Source: Myxococcota bacterium
GTDB taxonomy: Bacteria > Myxococcota > XYA12-FULL-58-9 > JALHOP01
Direction of reading: 5' to 3'
DNA: 64,000 nt
Assembly: GCA_041288095.1 (NCBI GenBank)
Contig: JBGGMJ010000136.1
Coordinates: 16,031 to 80,030, forward strand
The notes under the pieces are model-generated. The model saw nothing but the letters and a program-made list of their open reading frames with translations, searched no databases and was not told where the DNA came from. Below, one piece after another: positions 1 through 10,398 of the stretch (position 1 is its first letter; every line of letters begins with the position of its first letter). The position numbers and the translations under genes were made by a program.

Positions 1-261
1 TCGCACGTGGCGCGCGACGATGTCCGAGTCGTCCATCTCGAGCGCCCGCCGCATGCCCAGCTCAGCGCGAAGGGTAAGAGCGAAGGTCGCACCTACGTGA
101 ACGTCTTCACCCGCATCGCCGATCTCTTCGGCATCGTGACCGCCCGCGGCCGCCACTACGCGCACCTCTCCGAGCTCGCGCACGTGCGCGTCCACGTGCC
201 CAAGGACACCATCACCGCGCACACCGAGACCCGTACCCCCAAAGCGCTAGCGGCGGCCTAA
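1..261 (+). CDS. 3' end of a hypothetical protein (starts upstream of the window)
   Basis: Frame 1 is open from base 1 to TAA at 259-261, with GC-rich third codon positions; converges on xerD with a short overlap. Confidence 0.6.
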   Translation, partial: SHVARDDVRVVHLERPPHAQLSAKGKSEGRTYVNVFTRIADLFGIVTARGRHYAHLSELAHVRVHVPKDTITAHTETRTPKALAAA

Positions 262-1167
262 CGGATGGTGTTTGTCGACCGCGGCGCGCAGCGCGTCGCT
301 CTCGACGTGCGTGTAGATCTCCGTCGTCGAGATATCCGCGTGCCCGAGCATCTCTTGCACCGCGCGCAGATCGGCCCCGCCCTGGAGCAGGTGCGTCGCG
401 AAGGCGTGACGCAATTTATGAGGAGAAAGCTTCCGCGTAATCCCGGCGACCTTTGCGTAACGTCGAACGATTTTGAACAGAGCCATCCGCGACAGCGGTT
501 TGCCGGCGTTGCCGATGAAGACGTAGTCCGAGGGCCTCCCCTTGAGCAGACGTGGGCGTCCGTTGGCGAGATAGTCGTTGATCGCCGCGAGGGCTGGCTT
601 GCCTACCGGCACCACCCGCTCCTTGGAGCCCTTGCCGGTCGGCCGGACCACGCCGAGCTGGGTGTGCAGCTCATCGAGGCGCAAGCGACAGAGCTCACTC
701 GCGCGTAGGCCGGCAGCGTAAAGCAGCTCGAGCGCCGCCCGATCGCGGAGGAAGCGCGCGGTGACGGACGTCGCGCCGCTGGCGGCTGGACGCGCTCCCG
801 GCGCCTCGACGAGGCGCACCATTTCCTGGCGGCTGGGAACCACCGGCAATGGCCGGCGCCGCTTCGGCCCCGTGAGCTCGGCGACCGGATTGGTGGCGAT
901 CTCTCCCTCACGCACGAGGAAAGCAAACAGCTGCCGCGCCGCCGACAAGGCGCGCCCTTGCGAAGCTGGGCTCTTTCCCGTGCCCGCGAGGCTCCGGAGC
1001 CAGCGCGTCAGATGAACGGCTCGGGCATCGGCGGCGTCGTGGACGTCGCTTGCCGCGAGGCTCGCGATCAGCCCGCGGAGGTCACGCTGGTAGGCCTCGA
1101 CGGTGTGCGGCGACAGATTGCGCTCGACCCGCAGGACCTCGAGATAGCGCTCGACGCAAGCTTCCAC
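247..1167 (-). CDS. xerD: Site-specific tyrosine recombinase XerD
   Basis: ERNLSPHTVEAYQRDL N-terminus; catalytic R (AGLRASEL), K (GKGSKER), HxLRH (HKLRHAFATHLL) and LGHADISTTEIYTHV. Confidence 0.9.
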   Translation of the reverse strand: MEACVERYLEVLRVERNLSPHTVEAYQRDLRGLIASLAASDVHDAADARAVHLTRWLRSLAGTGKSPASQGRALSAARQLFAFLVREGEIATNPVAELTGPKRRRPLPVVPSRQEMVRLVEAPGARPAASGATSVTARFLRDRAALELLYAAGLRASELCRLRLDELHTQLGVVRPTGKGSKERVVPVGKPALAAINDYLANGRPRLLKGRPSDYVFIGNAGKPLSRMALFKIVRRYAKVAGITRKLSPHKLRHAFATHLLQGGADLRAVQEMLGHADISTTEIYTHVESDALRAAVDKHHPLGRR

Positions 1168-1212
1168 GACACGATCTTAACGCCACCGCCCGACAGGCGG
1201 TAATAGTTGGTC

Positions 1213-1773
1213 ATGTCGTCCTTGCGCGATCAGGTCCAGCTCCTCCACCAGGACAACGCGCCCACGACCTTCCTGGATGCGTTGCGCTTGGTGCGAAACG
1301 TCAAATCGCTCGACGCCGAGGACCTGCAAGCACTGATGGAGCTGCACGACGCCGCGACCACGACCGACGGCGCCCGCGAGGTGCTCGCCGATTTCCTTCG
1401 CGGTAGAGCGCAGAGCATGGCGCACGAGCGCAACCAAGCGGACCGCACCCTCACCATTCTCGACAGCGGCAAGACGGTGCGCGGCCGCAAAGGCGGCTCC
1501 ATCAGAGTGCATCTCGAGACCCGCTCCCACCGCGGCGGCATCTGGGAAGTGATGAGCAAAACCGACAACATCACTTGGGAATTCGTCGGCCTCGACGACG
1601 AGCGGCGCTACACGATGGGCGAGATCAAGCTGGAGAAGCGCGGCACCGCGCGCATCGAGCTCATGGAAGTGCTGGCCCCACCCAAGAAGAGCCACGCGCG
1701 CTCGCAGAGGCCCACCGACGAGGTGCGCGTCTTCAACCTCGAAATCGCCATCGAAGGCGCGGCGAAAACCTAG
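1213..1773 (+). CDS. Hypothetical protein
   Basis: 186-aa ORF with genome-like codon usage, divergent from xerD; no family recognised. Confidence 0.7.
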   Translation: MSSLRDQVQLLHQDNAPTTFLDALRLVRNVKSLDAEDLQALMELHDAATTTDGAREVLADFLRGRAQSMAHERNQADRTLTILDSGKTVRGRKGGSIRVHLETRSHRGGIWEVMSKTDNITWEFVGLDDERRYTMGEIKLEKRGTARIELMEVLAPPKKSHARSQRPTDEVRVFNLEIAIEGAAKT

Positions 1774-2216
1774 CGCCGCCGCCGGGCCTTGCGAGGCCTG
1801 GGCGCATCCTCGCCGTCCTCGTCGTCGTCATCATCGACCACGGGCACACTGCCGCGCATCGTCTTCGTCTTGAGCGAGACACCCGTGTCTTCGTCGACGA
1901 AGCGCAGCTCGGCCTTCACTTCGACACGCATCCCGGAGAGCGCCTTGCGCATGGCGCCGCCGATGTCGAGGTTGCCGAGGAAGCCTTTCACCTCGTCGGA
2001 GACCATGCGGTAGAGCTCGCGCCGCGTGCGCTCGGTCTGCTGCGCGAGGAACGCTATAGCGTCCTTGGGCAAGCGCATGTCCGAGACCGCGTTGCGAATA
2101 CCCTCTTCGGTCATGAGCACCGCCGAGAGGCCGCCGACCACCGCCTTGCGGATCGAGTCGGGCAAGCGGCTGCGCGACTCACTGCCACCCTTCGGATTGT
2201 CGTCGTCGTAGATCAT
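1770..2216 (-). CDS. Conserved myxobacterial-type hypothetical protein (helical; acidic then basic tail)
   Basis: GLSAVLMTEEGIRNAV...LPKDAIAFL...ERTRREL resembles a conserved Myxococcota protein (from recall); ATGA coupling with the upstream gene. Confidence 0.7.
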   Translation of the reverse strand: MIYDDDNPKGGSESRSRLPDSIRKAVVGGLSAVLMTEEGIRNAVSDMRLPKDAIAFLAQQTERTRRELYRMVSDEVKGFLGNLDIGGAMRKALSGMRVEVKAELRFVDEDTGVSLKTKTMRGSVPVVDDDDDEDGEDAPRPRKARRRR

Positions 2217-2680
2217 AGGCGGTTCACCTCGAACGCGAGAGACAGTCCATAACAGTTGCTACGCAACGACGCCCCATCAACCAGTTGCAGACCCAAATCG
2301 ACATCGGTGCCGTCTTCCACGTCGTCGTCGAAGCGCAGCGGCACAGTCAACGTTCCGTCGACGGAGCCTTCATCTAGAGCGCTCAGCTTGAACGCCGGCA
2401 AGAGCGCCTGTGTGGCCGCGCTCTCTCCTTCGCTCCCCAGATAGAATACCACCGAGCCACCGGAAAGATCGGCGTTGGCGTCGTGAAACGTCAGCGCCAG
2501 GACGAGCGTCCACGGGTCCTGCGCCAGCTGCGTGGGTAAAGACACCTCGACGATGCGCGGAGCTTCCGGCTGGTCCGAGACGGCGACCTGGTCGCCACAA
2601 GCGAGCGGTTTGTCGCATGCCACGCCCGAAAGCGCCGTCACCAGGGCGATTGCGCCGAGCGCCGGCCTACCTGCGTGCAT
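2213..2680 (-). CDS. Putative lipoprotein
   Basis: Hydrophobic N-terminus ending in a lipobox-like GVAC; overlaps both neighbours in the operon. Confidence 0.7.
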   Translation of the reverse strand: MHAGRPALGAIALVTALSGVACDKPLACGDQVAVSDQPEAPRIVEVSLPTQLAQDPWTLVLALTFHDANADLSGGSVVFYLGSEGESAATQALLPAFKLSALDEGSVDGTLTVPLRFDDDVEDGTDVDLGLQLVDGASLRSNCYGLSLAFEVNRL

Positions 2681-4013
2681 CGGCGCGCCGGTCGCCCGGC
2701 GTGAAATTCACCTGCACCAGCCGCCCCTGCGCCACTTCCTTGTCCTTGTCGAGCAGCTCTTGGCGCGGGTTCACCATGAAACCGGTGCCAACCGCTTCGA
2801 TCATCATCGGCAAGTCGCTCACTGGGCTGTCGCCGAACACCATGAGCGGCGGCACACGCACCCACTGGCGCAGCACGGGACCTTTTATTTCGTACAGGCT
2901 GGTCACGACTTGTCCGGTATAGCGGCCATCGACGACCTCTAAGGCGCTGCCGATGGCGTGGTCTTCGGGGATGCCGACGGCGCGCGCCGCCGCTTTCGCC
3001 AGCACGTCGAGCGTCGCCGACAAGAAGTACACCTCGATCCCGCGCGTCTTCAGCTTGCCGAGCACCGCCAGGGTCCCACAGCCCGACGCGTCGGCGTGGA
3101 ACCGCGACATGATCGAGGGAGCGCCGGGGGCGCCTTTCGTGAGCACAACCTGCGCGGCTTCCTCGATGACGGAGACCTCGAGACCGGCGATGACCTTCGA
3201 GGTGAGAAAAAACGCGTCCTTGATGCTGACGCGCTGCTCTTTCGGCAGCGTGGTGTCGGTGGCGCGCTCGTACACGGTACGGAGGTTGTCGTGCACCGAG
3301 GCCTCGCGGACCTTCTTGGCGTCGATACCCGAGATGGTGACGAGGAGCTCGATGACCGCGGCGTTGGCTTCGGGCTTCGCGAGCTTCTTGTCGGCAAGGA
3401 CGGCGAGGAAGACATTACTGATGTCACCCTGCCAGAGCGTGAAATCCAGGTCGGTGACCGCTACAGCGGGCAGCCCCGCGCGCTTGAACGAAAGGAGGTC
3501 GAGCGTATCGATCGCCAGGCACAGCGTCGGCGGGCTCATGCTCTCGCCGTTGTAGCCGGGGATGTGACGGGCGAGGCTACCGACAACCAGCGCGTCCGGC
3601 TCCCAGTCCACGACGGCGGCGAAACGTGCCTGATCGGCGAGCCACTGCGCCTCGATGACGAAGGCACGCGCGGCGGCGGTGTCCGCGCTCTTGGGCAACG
3701 ACGCGTCGCGCTCGAGGATGAACGTGCCCCCTTCGTAGATCCCCGCCGCGGTGGATGCATCGATGCCGCGGGTCTCCGCCGTGACCTTGGCGCGCGCGAC
3801 CAAGCCGTCGACGGCGGACAGGTCGTTGGCGTCGACACGCTGATCGTGGGTAACGTCGAAGTCCGCGATCGTGCGCTGAGCGCTCGGCTTTTCGATGAGC
3901 GCCTTGAGCGCGGTGTCGAACGCCGCGGTATCGAGGGTCGGCTTGTGCGGATCCGGAGAGCCGCCGCAGGCCGCGAGAGTGAGCAACGCCGCGACGACAA
4001 CGGTGCGTCGCAT
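2667..4013 (-). CDS. HAD-superfamily (IB/SerB-like) hydrolase, lipoprotein
   Basis: Start corrected to ATG 4013 (MRRTVVVAALLTLAAC, lipobox); HAD motif I DLDFT, motif II LSAT, K, motif IV FGDSPVSD. Confidence 0.8.
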   Translation of the reverse strand: MRRTVVVAALLTLAACGGSPDPHKPTLDTAAFDTALKALIEKPSAQRTIADFDVTHDQRVDANDLSAVDGLVARAKVTAETRGIDASTAAGIYEGGTFILERDASLPKSADTAAARAFVIEAQWLADQARFAAVVDWEPDALVVGSLARHIPGYNGESMSPPTLCLAIDTLDLLSFKRAGLPAVAVTDLDFTLWQGDISNVFLAVLADKKLAKPEANAAVIELLVTISGIDAKKVREASVHDNLRTVYERATDTTLPKEQRVSIKDAFFLTSKVIAGLEVSVIEEAAQVVLTKGAPGAPSIMSRFHADASGCGTLAVLGKLKTRGIEVYFLSATLDVLAKAAARAVGIPEDHAIGSALEVVDGRYTGQVVTSLYEIKGPVLRQWVRVPPLMVFGDSPVSDLPMMIEAVGTGFMVNPRQELLDKDKEVAQGRLVQVNFTPGDRRADARR

Positions 4014-4017
4014 CACG

Positions 4018-4836
<819 letters not shown>

Positions 4837-4878
4837 GTCGTGCGGCTACTTAGAGGACCAGCACGGCATGGTCAATCG

Positions 4879-5703
4879 ATGAACGAGGACTTCTCGCACG
4901 AGCTCGAGGTCGCCAAGCGCTTGGCGCGAGTGGCCGGCGCCCGCATTCTCGCGCACTACAACGACGGCTTCGCGGTGGAGTACAAAGGCCACGGCGATCC
5001 CGTGACGCAGGCCGATCGCGACGCGAACCACATCATCGTCGAGGGTCTGGCCGCGGCCTTTCCGACGGACGCGATCCTCGCCGAGGAATCGAAGAACAGC
5101 GACAGCCGGCACGCGCACGCGCGCTTGTGGTGCGTCGACCCGCTCGACGGCACGCAGGAGCTGGTGAATCGCAACGGTGAGTTCGCGGTGATGATCGGGC
5201 TCGCTGTACGCGGAGAGGCGCGCGTCGGCGTCGTCTATCAGCCCACCGAAGACACGCTTTGGGCCGGCGCCGGCACCTTGGCGACGGTCGAGCGCCACGG
5301 CGGTCCGCCAACGCGGATCAAGCCGACGCAGTGCATCGATCCCGCCAAGGCCGTGCTCGTGGGCTCGCGCTCGCACACGTCGAAGTCGGTCGTCGAGGTC
5401 GCGACGACGTTGGGCGTCGCCCGCCAGGACCGCTTGGGCAGCGTCGGTCTCAAGATGGCCCGCGTCGCCGAGGGCGGTGCCGACCTGTACCTCTCGATGT
5501 CGACGCAGACGCACGAGTGGGATGGCTGCGCGCCGGAAGCGATCCTCCGCGCCGCCGGTGGCTTCGTGACCGACTGCTTCGGCGCCCCGCTGCGCTACAA
5601 CAAGCAGACGACAGGCACGCCGCGCGGCATGTTAGCCACGAACGGACTCATCCACGCAGCCGTTTTGGCGGCTGCGCGGACGGTTGTTGAACAACGATTC
5701 TGA
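4879..5703 (+). CDS. cysQ: 3'(2'),5'-bisphosphate nucleotidase CysQ / inositol monophosphatase family
   Basis: DPVTQAD, LAEE, WCVDPLDGT, GSVGLK, EWD..APEAI motifs. Confidence 0.85.
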   Translation: MNEDFSHELEVAKRLARVAGARILAHYNDGFAVEYKGHGDPVTQADRDANHIIVEGLAAAFPTDAILAEESKNSDSRHAHARLWCVDPLDGTQELVNRNGEFAVMIGLAVRGEARVGVVYQPTEDTLWAGAGTLATVERHGGPPTRIKPTQCIDPAKAVLVGSRSHTSKSVVEVATTLGVARQDRLGSVGLKMARVAEGGADLYLSMSTQTHEWDGCAPEAILRAAGGFVTDCFGAPLRYNKQTTGTPRGMLATNGLIHAAVLAAARTVVEQRF

Positions 5704-5767
5704 GGTACTGCGGAGCCACTGCGGTGCAAGACCGCCGGTACTACTGCACGCTCGAGGTCGTTTGCTG

Positions 5768-5998
5768 TTACGCGCGCTTCTTTGGGCTGACCAGCATCAT
5801 CGCCTGGGCGACGTTGCGCTGTGCGCCACGCTGAAGAAGAGCACGCCCTTGCATGAGCTTCTTCTCGTCCTTGGCAGCCTTGTTGAGCGCTTCAGTCGTC
5901 CCACCGCTGTTCAAAGCGGCCGCCCGTTGCTCGGCATGAGCGCCCGCCAAGGGCGTGCCGACTGGGCGAATGGGTGATGAAAGCGATCCCGAAATCAT
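5768..5998 (-). CDS. Small orphan hypothetical protein (76 aa)
   Basis: GGAG Shine-Dalgarno before the ATG; sigma28-like promoter about 35 nt upstream. Confidence 0.6.
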   Translation of the reverse strand: MISGSLSSPIRPVGTPLAGAHAEQRAAALNSGGTTEALNKAAKDEKKLMQGRALLQRGAQRNVAQAMMLVSPKKRA

Positions 5999-6032
5999 GA
6001 CACTAACTCCCGACAGGCTCGTCTCGCGTTGT

Positions 6033-6059
6033 GTATCGGCCGCCAGCGCGCAAAGTTGC
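6033..6059 (-). promoter_or_regulatory. sigma28/FliA-like promoter
   Basis: Minus strand GCAA-N15-GCCGATAC (FliA consensus TAAA-N15-GCCGATAA). Confidence 0.55.
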
Positions 6060-6186
6060 GCCCCGTGTTGGATTATCGCGGCTTTTTTGAGTCGTTGTGC
6101 TGAAATGCGAGTCGGGACGCGCGTCTACGAGGGCACCCCTAGAACCGGTTTGGCGCGCTTCTGGCAACGACACAGCGTGAGGGTGC

Positions 6187-6696
6187 CTAACGGGGCTTCT
6201 GAACGCGCGCCGCGAGTTGCGAAACGAAGCCGACGCCGGCGGACGTTCCTGGGATAACGCGGCGGGCTGTACCCAAAAGCGACGCGCTCCCCGACATGTC
6301 GCGGTCCTCGTTCAGCGCGCTCGCCGAGAGGACGCGGTTAGCCGCGGCACCAAGCTCTTGCGACCAGGCTTCCAGGGAGAGCCCCAGGGCGGTGGCCGTC
6401 CGCGGGAGGTCACTGATCCAGGCGCTCAGGTGGCCGAGTTGCAGCGGTGTGAGCTCCGCATCGCCAACCCGCGTGAGAACCACGCCCGGAGCACTGTGCT
6501 CGGCGTCCACCAGCAGCCCGATGACGCATTCGACACTGACTTCGGCGACTTCGCCAACGAGCTGCCGCACCAGGGGCGCATCGAGGCGTGACCGCGACTG
6601 CAACAGCTGCTTGGCAGCGGCGTCGACATTGGCAGCGGCGCCCCATCCGAGCACCGCTTCCTGGACCGAACGATGAATGTGCTGGCGCTTCGCCAT
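6187..6696 (-). CDS. Hypothetical protein
   Basis: 169-aa ORF starting 5 nt after the upstream gene's stop; no family recognised. Confidence 0.6.
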   Translation of the reverse strand: MAKRQHIHRSVQEAVLGWGAAANVDAAAKQLLQSRSRLDAPLVRQLVGEVAEVSVECVIGLLVDAEHSAPGVVLTRVGDAELTPLQLGHLSAWISDLPRTATALGLSLEAWSQELGAAANRVLSASALNEDRDMSGSASLLGTARRVIPGTSAGVGFVSQLAARVQKPR

Positions 6697-6701
6697 GAGG
6701 G

Positions 6702-7031
6702 TCAGTAGCGGCTACGCGTCAAATCGCCGCGCTTGCTCTGCAAGGCCGCGAGACTGAGGGGGCTCGGGGCGAGCGCCCACGAAACGACCGTGCCCACGAC
6801 CGCGGCCTTCAGCCAGCCACCGAGCAACATCACCGTACCGAACGCGCCGGTGCCGGTGAGGACGAAAGCGGTCGCCGCGGCAGCGGCGCCGAGGAGCAGG
6901 ATCTTGGTCTGGAATGAAGCGTCCTTGGGGGTCGCGACCTTCGCAATCGTTCCCATGTAGCCGCCGGTTGCGACTCCCACCAACACGCTCGCCGTCGCCC
7001 GCAACGCATCCGTCTTGCTCATCAACGCCAT
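6702..7031 (-). CDS. Small Ala/Gly-rich membrane protein
   Basis: AAGGAG SD before ATG 7031; about three hydrophobic segments. Confidence 0.65.
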   Translation of the reverse strand: MALMSKTDALRATASVLVGVATGGYMGTIAKVATPKDASFQTKILLLGAAAAATAFVLTGTGAFGTVMLLGGWLKAAVVGTVVSWALAPSPLSLAALQSKRGDLTRSRY

Positions 7032-7054
7032 GACGCAACTCTCCTTGAGCGTCG

Positions 7055-7081
7055 TTATCGTTGCCGAGCTGGAAGGGTTGC
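7055..7081 (-). promoter_or_regulatory. sigma28/FliA-like promoter
   Basis: Minus strand GCAA-N15-AACGATAA, about 24 nt upstream of ATG 7031. Confidence 0.5.
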
Positions 7082-7143
7082 GCATCCCGCCTCCGCCAGC
7101 GCGTCACGATCGAGGGGACGCGCTGGCGGCACCGCCGATGCAC

Positions 7144-7170
7144 GCACATTCGGGGGGGTGCTCCCGATAT
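7144..7170 (+). promoter_or_regulatory. sigma28/FliA-like promoter
   Basis: GCAC-N15-CCCGATAT, 31 nt upstream of ATG 7202. Confidence 0.45.
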
Positions 7171-7201
7171 TGCACGAGCCTCGCCGCCCCGAGGATTCGA
7201 C

Positions 7202-7612
7202 ATGCAGATTCGCGCAGCCATCGATAAAGCTCTCCGCCTCACCGAGTTCGACACGATCCGTCCGAGTGAGCTGATCGAGCCGGGGCAGGCGCGTCAGCGC
7301 ACGATGCAGAACAACGTGCTCAACGGCTTCATGTACGGCGTCAACGCGTTCGTGCCGATGTCGGGCGTCATCCTCAATCCGCTGGTCGCCTTCGGCAAGT
7401 CCTGCGGCGCCATGTGGCAGATGATGCTGGCGATGAGCTTCCCGGAACAGGGAGGTGAGGCGCGCATGAACCTCGCCGGTGACCTGCTCAAGTCCGCCGG
7501 CGAGAACTTCGTCGTCGGCGCCGCCTCGTGCCTCCCGGGCGCGGGTCCGGTGATCGCCGGCCTCTGGTCGGCGCGCAGCTTCGTCGACGCCAACCGCGCG
7601 CTCAAAACCTAG
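7202..7612 (+). CDS. Orphan hypothetical protein with hydrophobic helices
   Basis: GAGGA SD before ATG 7202; 136 aa; good codon bias. Confidence 0.65.
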   Translation: MQIRAAIDKALRLTEFDTIRPSELIEPGQARQRTMQNNVLNGFMYGVNAFVPMSGVILNPLVAFGKSCGAMWQMMLAMSFPEQGGEARMNLAGDLLKSAGENFVVGAASCLPGAGPVIAGLWSARSFVDANRALKT

Positions 7613-7631
7613 AGTCGCCCGGGCGGAGCTG

Positions 7632-8576
7632 TCAGCCGCCCTGTGCCTGCGGTGGGGCTCCCGCCGCTGGCGGGGCCTGCTTGTTCTTCTCGGCAAGCTC
7701 CATGGCCTGCAGGTAGGTCTTCGCCTGGCTCGCGTACTTGGTGCGGGCCGCGATGATCTCACCCAAGACGCGGCGCGCCTCGTCGACCTTCTGGGTCTGG
7801 GCGAGCGAAGCGCCCAGCAAGAAGCGAATCTCCTCGCGCAGCGACGGGTCGCGGATGTTCGAGAGATCACGCAAGACCGGCTCGGCCTCGTCGTAGCGCT
7901 TCAAGCTGAAGAGCTCGGTGGCGAGCAAGTAGCGAACGTTGACGACGTAGCGGAAGTTCGGGTCGAGCGACAGCGACTTCTTCAGCATGTCGACCGCTTC
8001 AGCGGACCGACCGCTGGTCTCGGCGAGCTTACGGCCCTGCTCGTACGCGTCTTCGGCGGCCTTCTTGCGCAGGTCGCCGACGCGCTTCTCCATGAGGCGC
8101 GCCTCGAGCTCGGTGAGGGTCGTGAGGTTCACCTGGTCGAGCATGTCGACGGCGCCCTTCTCGTTGCCCTGGTCGAGCAGGTCCAAGACCTTCTTGCTCA
8201 CCGAGGCTGAGTCGATCGCCTTCTTCTTCTGAGCGTCGAGCTCGGCCAGGCGCCGGTTCAGATCTTCGCTCTGCTTCTGCGCGGAGTCGCGAGCCTGCTG
8301 GGCATCGCCCTGGGCGCGCTCGGCGTCGGCGATGTAGCTGCGCGAGCGGGCCGAGAAGACGAGGTACGCCGCGATGGTGATGACGAGGCCGACGAAGACG
8401 TTGACCGCGAGGCTGGTGAACTTACCGCGCTTCTCGATCTGCTCGAAGCGGCGCTCGAAGTTCTTCACGTCGAGCGATAGGTTCTTCACCTGGTTGTCGG
8501 CTTTGATCACGGTGTTGCGCGTCTCGAGAACCTCGCGCTTCAGGTCGACCAGCTCCTTGCCCGTCGTCTCATCCAT
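7632..8576 (-). CDS. Membrane-anchored coiled-coil/TPR protein
   Basis: N-terminal coiled coil, one TM segment, C-terminal TPR-like helices; GGGGAG SD before ATG 8576. Confidence 0.8.
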   Translation of the reverse strand: MDETTGKELVDLKREVLETRNTVIKADNQVKNLSLDVKNFERRFEQIEKRGKFTSLAVNVFVGLVITIAAYLVFSARSRSYIADAERAQGDAQQARDSAQKQSEDLNRRLAELDAQKKKAIDSASVSKKVLDLLDQGNEKGAVDMLDQVNLTTLTELEARLMEKRVGDLRKKAAEDAYEQGRKLAETSGRSAEAVDMLKKSLSLDPNFRYVVNVRYLLATELFSLKRYDEAEPVLRDLSNIRDPSLREEIRFLLGASLAQTQKVDEARRVLGEIIAARTKYASQAKTYLQAMELAEKNKQAPPAAGAPPQAQGG

Positions 8577-8618
8577 GATTTCTCCCCCGTGCCGTAGCAA
8601 GTTCGCGGTGATCGGTGA

Positions 8619-8691
8619 TGGGTGGTGCGAGATTCGAACTCGCGACCAACGGATTAAAAGTCCGCTGCTCTACCGACTGAGCTAACCACCC
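8619..8691 (-). tRNA. tRNA-Lys (UUU)
   Basis: GGGTGGTTAGCTCAGTCGGTAGAGC...CT-TTT-AA...GTTCGAATC...ACCACCCA; CCA not encoded. Confidence 0.97.
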
Positions 8692-8704
8692 TCGAAGGCG
8701 GCGC

Positions 8705-8733
8705 AACCTACTCGGCGCCACGCGATGGGTCAA
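8705..8733 (-). promoter_or_regulatory. sigma70-type promoter for tRNA-Lys
   Basis: Minus strand TTGACC-N17-TAGGTT. Confidence 0.6.
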
Positions 8734-8757
8734 TGCGCTCTAGGCGATCGTTTGGCC

Positions 8758-9150
8758 CTATTTCACCGTGCCGGCGCGCTTCTTCTCGAGGAGCCGCTCC
8801 AGCTTGCGGAACAACACCGCGAACTGCAGCGGCTTGGTCTCGTAGTCGTCGGCGCCGAGCTCGAGGCCGACGATACGATCACTTTGGCTGTCGCGCGCCG
8901 TCAGGAAGACCACCACGGCGTTCTTGAGCGCGCCAGTCGCATTCCAACGCTTTAGCAGATCGCGACCGTCGACCCCCGGCAGTTGCACGTCGAGGAGGAC
9001 GACGTCCGGGACCTCCTTCTCCACTTCCTCGAGTGCGCGCGGACCAGTGTCGGCGACGCGTGTGCTGTAGCCGCGTGAGGTGCCGAACTTCGACAGCGCA
9101 AGCGCGATCTCGGGGTCGTCTTCGACGATGAGCAACGAGGCGGGAGGCAC
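8758..9150 (-). CDS. Single-domain response regulator (receiver)
   Basis: LIVEDD, LLDVQLPGVDG, FLTA, GADDYETKP; GTG start chosen, start uncertain. Confidence 0.88.
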   Translation of the reverse strand: MPPASLLIVEDDPEIALALSKFGTSRGYSTRVADTGPRALEEVEKEVPDVVLLDVQLPGVDGRDLLKRWNATGALKNAVVVFLTARDSQSDRIVGLELGADDYETKPLQFAVLFRKLERLLEKKRAGTVK

Positions 9151-9216
9151 GCCTTCAACTATTCCGTAAGTGGCGGATCTTCTCAACTCCCGCTGGATCC
9201 GGTAGGACCCACGCCC

Positions 9217-10398
9217 ATGAAAGAAGTCGTCATTCTCTCGGCCGCACGCACTCCCATTGGCTCGCTCTTGGGTACGCTCTCTTCGCTACCCGCGCCCCGA
9301 TTGGGCGCCGTCGCCATCAAAGCCGCCATCGAGCGCGCAGGCATCGACCCCGCCGCCCTCGACCAAGTCCTCATGGGTAACGTGCTGCAGGCCGGTGTGG
9401 GCCAAGCACCCGCGCGCCAGGCGATGCGCTACGCCGGCGTGCCCGACAAGGTCGGCGCCATCACGGTCAACAAGGTGTGCGGCTCGGGTATGCGCGCCAT
9501 CATGGACGGCGTGAACAGCATCAAGGTCGGCGAGTACGACATGGTCGTCGCCGGCGGCATGGAGTCGATGTCCAACGCTCCGCACATGGTCCCGGGCTCG
9601 CGCCGCGGCACCAAGATGGGCGATTGGAAGATGGTCGACGCGATGATCATCGACGGCCTCTGGGACCCGTACGGCAACAAGCACATGGGCAACTGCGGCG
9701 AGCTCTGCGCCGCGAAGTACAAGCTCACCCGCGAGATGCAGGACGCCTTCGCGCTCGAGTCGTTCAACCGCGCCAAGGCCGCGATCACGAGCGGCCACTT
9801 CAAGAACGAGATCGTCGCCGTCGAGATCGCCGACAAGAAAGGCTCGAAGCTCATCGATCAAGACGAGAACCCTATGTCGGCGCCGCTCGAGAAGATGGCA
9901 TCGCTCAAGCCGGCCTTCGATCCCAACGGCACCATCACCGCCGCCAACGCACCGCCGGTCAACGACGGCGCCGCGGCGTTGGTGATCGCTTCGGCGGACA
10001 AGGCGAAGGCGCTCGGCAAGAAGCCGCTGGCGAAGATCGTAGCCCAGGGCTCGTTCGCGCAGGAGCCGGACTGGTTCACCACCGCGCCTTCACAGGCCGC
10101 CAAGCTGGCGCTCAGCCGCGCCGGTCTCACCACCAAGGACATCGGCCGCTGGGAAGTGAACGAGGCCTTCGCTGTCGTCGCCATGGCCTTCATGCGCGAC
10201 ATGGAAGTCGATCACGCCAAGGTCAATGTCCACGGTGGCGCCGTGGCCCTCGGTCATCCCATTGGCGCCTCGGGCGCGCGCATCGTCACGACACTCGTGC
10301 ACGAGCTCATCGCCAGCAAGCAGCGTTACGGCGTCGCGGCGATTTGCCTAGGCGGCGGCGAAGGCACCGCCTTGGTCATTGAGAACTTAGCGCTCTGA
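9217..10398 (+). CDS. Acetyl-CoA C-acetyltransferase (thiolase)
   Basis: NKVCGSG, NEAFA, GHPIGASG and ICLGGG catalytic motifs. Confidence 0.95.
   Translation: MKEVVILSAARTPIGSLLGTLSSLPAPRLGAVAIKAAIERAGIDPAALDQVLMGNVLQAGVGQAPARQAMRYAGVPDKVGAITVNKVCGSGMRAIMDGVNSIKVGEYDMVVAGGMESMSNAPHMVPGSRRGTKMGDWKMVDAMIIDGLWDPYGNKHMGNCGELCAAKYKLTREMQDAFALESFNRAKAAITSGHFKNEIVAVEIADKKGSKLIDQDENPMSAPLEKMASLKPAFDPNGTITAANAPPVNDGAAALVIASADKAKALGKKPLAKIVAQGSFAQEPDWFTTAPSQAAKLALSRAGLTTKDIGRWEVNEAFAVVAMAFMRDMEVDHAKVNVHGGAVALGHPIGASGARIVTTLVHELIASKQRYGVAAICLGGGEGTALVIENLAL

Noticed and set aside
247..1167. Tyrosine recombinase as a phage or island integrase
   Set aside because: Size and motifs match chromosomal XerD; no att repeats, phage genes or cargo boundary seen
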